Origin: an uncultured Clostridium sp.
GTDB lineage: Bacteria > Bacillota > Clostridia > TANB77 > CAG-508
Assembly (NCBI GenBank): GCA_930990645.1
Contig: CAKNQJ010000001.1
Location: 22,260-86,259, forward strand
Direction: 5' to 3'
DNA: 64,000 bases
The position numbers were made by a program, and so were the translations under genes. This document shows positions 55,301 to 61,300 of the stretch, in pieces (position 1 is the first letter of the stretch; the number at the start of each line of letters is the position of its first letter). The notes under the pieces were generated by a model. That model ran no database searches and was not told the origin of the DNA. It worked only from the letters and a program-made list of their open reading frames with translations.

Positions 55301-58300
55301 AATTAGGACAAGCAGTAGAAGTTACAAATAACGTACTTCCAGTAGAATATACAAATGTAGAAAATCCAATGCTTGTTTCACTTGGATATAATCATACCGT
55401 AATTGCAAATGGAGAAGGCTTTGTATATGACTTTGGAGCTGGAACATTAGGTCAATTAGGTAATTTAAAGAACGAAGATAGTATAAATCCTGTATTAGTA
55501 GGAACATATAATATATCTTTAAGCAGCATGGTAGTAAGAATGCATGTGAATGAGCAAGAAGATATACAAGCTAAAATGGACTTCTTCAACTTATTATTAG
55601 AAGATACTGAAGGGCTTGAATATGAATCATATGACGATACAGTAGCAAAAGTAGATGATGAAGGAATAATAACAGGTGTAGGAGCAGGAACTACATATAT
55701 AGAATTTAGACAAGCAGGAACAGATAACAGGAAAGTAATAATTGTAGAAGTATTGGCAGAAAATCAAGTGGCTAAACCACAAGTAGAAACAAACGGAAGT
55801 CATACTATTATACTAAAAGCGAATGGTACAGTATGGAGCTTTGGACAAAACGCAAATGGAGAATTAGGAGATGGAAGTTATACTACAAAAGATGGTACAG
55901 TTAAAGTTCAATTTGATAAAAATACTAAAATAGTACAAATTGATGCTGGCACATCACACAATATAGCATTAGATATAGATGGTAATGTTTGGACATGGGG
56001 AAGTAACAGTTACTATCAATTAGGAAGAAGCAGTACAAATGCTAATATACCAGGAAAAGTAACAATGCCAGAAGAAATAGTAAAAGTAGCAGCAGGAAAT
56101 AATTACAGCTTGGCAATAGGAAAAAGTGGTAAAGCATATGCATGGGGATACAATGCAAATGGAGAGCTAGGAGTAGGAACATATAAAACAGTAACAAGGC
56201 CAGCGGAGATAGTTGGAATAGAAAATGTAATAGATATTTCTGGTGGAAATAATCATTCTATTCTAGCAACAACAACAGGAGAAGTATATACAACAGGAGA
56301 TAATACTTATGGCCAATTAGGAAGCACAGGAAGTAAAATAAATCTATTTACTAAAGTGTCAGGAGTAGAAAATGTAATAGATGTAGAGGCAGGAGAAGTA
56401 CATAATATTGTGCGTACATTGGAAGAAAATGTTTATACATGGGGAAGCAATATATATGGTCAATTAGGTTTAAATGATAGACAAAATAGATATGTTCCAA
56501 CTTTAATAGATGGAAAAACCAATATAGCAGAAATAGCAGCAGGAAAAGCTAATACTATGTTATTAGATAGAAGCGGAAAAGTATATATTACAGGTTTAAA
56601 TAGTTGTGGTGAAATTGGAGATGGAACTACAGACACAAAGCAAGAATATGTACAAGTAGAAAAAATACCTGCTGGAATAGGAATTACAACAGGTGAAACA
56701 TATTCATTAGCTATAAGAGCAGACGGCACAGTATGGGCATGGGGAGACTATAACCATGGAGCAGAAGATGCAAATAGCAAAACAAAAAGTAAAGTGCCTG
56801 TAATGATAGGAACATTCTCAGCATTAGAAACTAGCTCAGAAATAGTATTAAAAACTAGTGAGACAACAAATATTGGTATAAGTGCAAAAGAAAAATTCAA
56901 TGTATTCTATGATTATGATAAAGAACCAGAAGATTATACATATGAATCTTTAAATCCAGAGATAGCAGATATAAATGCAGAAGGAACAATCATAGGAGTA
57001 CAAATAGGAAAAACTAGAGTAATAGCAACAGATAAAGAAACTGGAGAAAAATTCTCTGTAATTGTAACAGTAATTGAAAATACAAAAGTTGCAGTTCCTC
57101 AAATAGATGGTGGAAATGGATTCGCAGTAACATTAAAAGCTGATGGTACAATTTGGACATGGGGATATAACCCAGAAGGAGCATTAGGAGACGGAACTTA
57201 TGAAACAGCATTAATACCAAGAAGAGCAAATGTAGTATCAACATACTCTGACATAGCAGTAGGAAAAGACTTTGCAATAGCAAGAAGAGCAGATGGAACA
57301 GTATGGGCATGGGGCTCAAACGCTCATGGACAACTTGGAATAGGAAGTCATAAAAATGCACCAAAATTAGTACAAACATATAATATACAAAATGTAAAAA
57401 TGATAGCAGCAGGAGCTGAACATACGGTTGCAGTAGACCAATATGGAATATTATATGGTTGGGGTTCAAATACTCGTGGTCAATTAGGATTAGGCAGCAA
57501 AGATGATGTAATAACACCTACCATTATTGCTACACCAGAGGACTCAATAATTAGTTTAGCAGCTGGTGGAGACCAAACAGCATATGTGACAATTCAAGGA
57601 GAAGTATATGGATTAGGAAATATACTAAATGGTAAATTAGACGGAATAGAAAATGTAATACAAGTAGAAGTCGGGGATAACTATTTATTATTACTAGATG
57701 CAAATGGAGATATCTATGAATACAGTAACAGTAGTATAAGCAAAATACAAGGAACAAGCAATGTAGTAGATATAGTAGCAAAGAAACATATAAGAATGTA
57801 CCAAGATAAAGACGGAATAACGTATAATTGGGGAGAAAATACATATGGTGAATTAGGAACAAACGATACAGAGACTAAAACAGTTCCTACGAAAGTTTCT
57901 GAAAATGGAGAAAATACATTTAATATAGGAGCTGGATATGAAAATTCATACATAATTAAAACTGATGGATTTGCGTATGGAGCTGGTAGAAATAACCATG
58001 GACAATTAGGAAACAGTATGCAAGAAGATTCTAAAGTTCATACATTAGTTGGAGATAGAGACTTTGAATTAAATCCAGATAATATGATATTAACTGTAAA
58101 TGATGTAAAAAACATAAAAATTGCATGTAACACATTTAATGTATTTAATGAAGTTGAAAGAAATGCTAATGATTATGACTGGATTTCTTCTGAAACTGAA
58201 GTTGCATCAGTTTCAAATGGAATGGTAGTTGCAAAAGATATGGGAACAACAACTATAACTGCAAGAGACAAAGTTACGAATGTTGAAAAACAGGCATTAG

Positions 58301-61300
58301 TAGTTGTAATGCCAGTAGATGAACATAGAATAGACGAAATTACAGTAAATGGTGAGCTTGCAAAAGTTGCAGGAGATAAAAAATATAGTGTAACAATAGC
58401 AAGTGATAAAGAAACAGCAACTATAAGAATAGAAACACTAGATAAAACAGATAAAATAAGCATAGATGGAGGACAAAGTTATATTGAAGGTGGAGTTCTA
58501 GTTCAAGAGATTGCGGTACCAGATAAAGTAACAAACTTACCAATAAAAATACAAACATCAAATGGTACAATAATAGACTATACACTAGAAATAACAAGAA
58601 CATCTAAAAATACAAATATACAAAGCATAAAAGTAAATGATATAGATGCAACACCAATTAATGCAACAGAATATCAAGTAGTAGTTGAAGAAGATGTAAA
58701 TGAGATTAATATTGAAGCTATAGCAGAAAATGCAGATGCAACGGTAAGCATAAATGGGGAAACTTATCAAAAAGCAAAAGCAGAGTATCAAACATCAATG
58801 GATGAATTAATACTTACAATTCCTATTTCGGTAAAATCTGAGAGCGAAACAGTTGCAACATACATGCTTACAATATACAAAAAATCAACATTAGTAGATT
58901 TAGATAGTTTAGTAGTAAATGGACAAGAAGCAAAAAGAATATCTGAGACAGCATTTAATAGCGTAATTGAAAGAGATGCAGACATGTCTACCATAATTGC
59001 TACAACTACATATAATTTATCAAGAGTATCTATTGCAGGAAATGAAGCATTGGTACATACTGCAACAAATATAGTAGAAACAACAGAAGAAGCAACAGAA
59101 GTATTAATAACAGTAACAGCAGATTATGAGAACGAAGTACTATCGCGTGAATATACATTAACAATATACAAAGAAAGGGAAAATGCAAAAATTGACTTGT
59201 TAATAGTAAATAACACAACCATAATCCCAGAAGGAAATACATATGTTGCAAACTTACCAAATAGTAGTGAAGAAGCAGAAGTAAGAGTAGTAACTGCGCT
59301 AGAAAGTGACAAAGTACAAATTGCGGATACAGAAGAAGGAATTTATGATGTAACAAGAACTGTAAAAACACCAGAAGAAGAAAATACATATACAATAGTA
59401 GTTACAGATGGTGAAACTGGTGAGAAACAACAGTATACATTAATAATAACAAAACCAAGTGCAGACACATCTATAAAAGAAATAATAGGGGAAAATATAG
59501 AGGAAAATTACCAAGAAAAAGCAGAGTTAGTAGAGCCTAACACATATGAACTAAAAGTGCTAGATACAATGGAAGAAGTGGATTTAAAAGTTACAGCAGG
59601 AAGTAAGAGTGCAAAAGTAAGCATAGATGGGGGAGCTTACCAAGAAGAAAAGGCAGAAAGTACAATAAAATTAAATCCAGATGAGCAAGTAGATGGAGTA
59701 GTAAAACAAGTTCATATAACTGTAGAAGCAGAAAATGGATCTCAAAAAGAGTATGTGTTAAATATAATAATAATTGATAATGATACAGCATTAAAACAAG
59801 TTACAGTAAATGGAATACAAGCAGAACTATCAAGTACAGAAGAAAACACATATAATTTAACCCTAGATGCTGAACTGGATAAAGTAGATGTAACTGCCGA
59901 GACAGTAAGTCCAAAATCACAAGTATCTATAAATAATGGAAGTGGTAAATTAAATATTTCTACAGAGACTATTGTTATGGATAGCAAAAACAAACAAGTA
60001 AAAATAGTAGTGAAAGCAGAAAGTGGAAGAATACAAGATTATTACTTAAATATTTATGGATTACCAAATAACACAAATGCAGTATTTACAGTAGATGGCG
60101 AAGAAGGAACATTTGTGCCAGAGGAGAATAAATATGTATTTAGAGTAAATACAAAAAATAATTCTCATACATTATCTGCTATATTAGAGGATAATTTAGC
60201 AAAAGTGAAATTAGCAGACCAAGAGGAAAAATTATCACAAGACACATTAACATTTACAAATGATTTGATAGGACAAGAAATAACCGCTATTATTACAGCA
60301 CAAGACGGAACACAAGAAACAATTACAATAGAATTCCAAGCAAAATCTAGTGATGCAGAAATTGCAAAATTAGCAGTAAATAACGAAATACTAGAGGCAG
60401 ATGAAAGTGGAAATTATAATGCAAAAGTAGCACAAAGTGCTGGTATAGCCAATATTGAAATTGAATTAAGTGACGAAAATGCAAGTGTTCTATTAAAGAA
60501 TGGAGAAGAAGAATTACAAACAGGTAAAGCAGGTTTAAGCTATGACCTATCAATAGCAGAAATTACAGATAAAGAAATAGTATTAAATATAGTTGTAACT
60601 GCAGAAGATGGAACTACAAAAACATCTACACTAACACTAACTATTTTAAGAGGAAACACAAATATAGCAAATATTACTGTAGATGGGAATACAGTTAGTC
60701 AAAGTGAAGATGGAACATATTACTATGTAATGGAAAGAAAAGATACAGCAGAAATTTCTGTAACAGCTGAAGATACATCTTCAAAAATAGAAATAGATGA
60801 AGAAGTTTCTTCTAATAACATATTAACAAAAACAATAGAAACACCAGAAGAAGAAAATAGAATAGGAATAACAATAACAGCAGAAGATGGAACAGAAGAA
60901 ACATATATATTGGTAATAAGAAAAATCTCAAATGACAACTATCTTCAAACTATAATGGCAGAAGGAATAGACCCAAGTATGATAACATCAACAGGCGTGG
61001 ATGCATATGAAATTAAAGTTCCATTAAGCCAAAAAACATTAAGAATTACAGCTATAACTAGACATGATGCAGCATCCGTAAAATTAAGTACAGAAGATGA
61101 CACTTTATATAATCTAAAAGAAATGACAAGAGATGTAACATTATCAGGAGGAGGCGCTTCAGAACAATTTAAAATTACTGTAAAAGCAGAAAATGGAGAG
61201 CTAAGAGAATATACAATAACAGTATCAAAACAAAATGTATTAGATATAGAAAGTGTAGAAGCAAGTGGTGAAGAGGCAGTATTTGATGCGGAGAAAAATG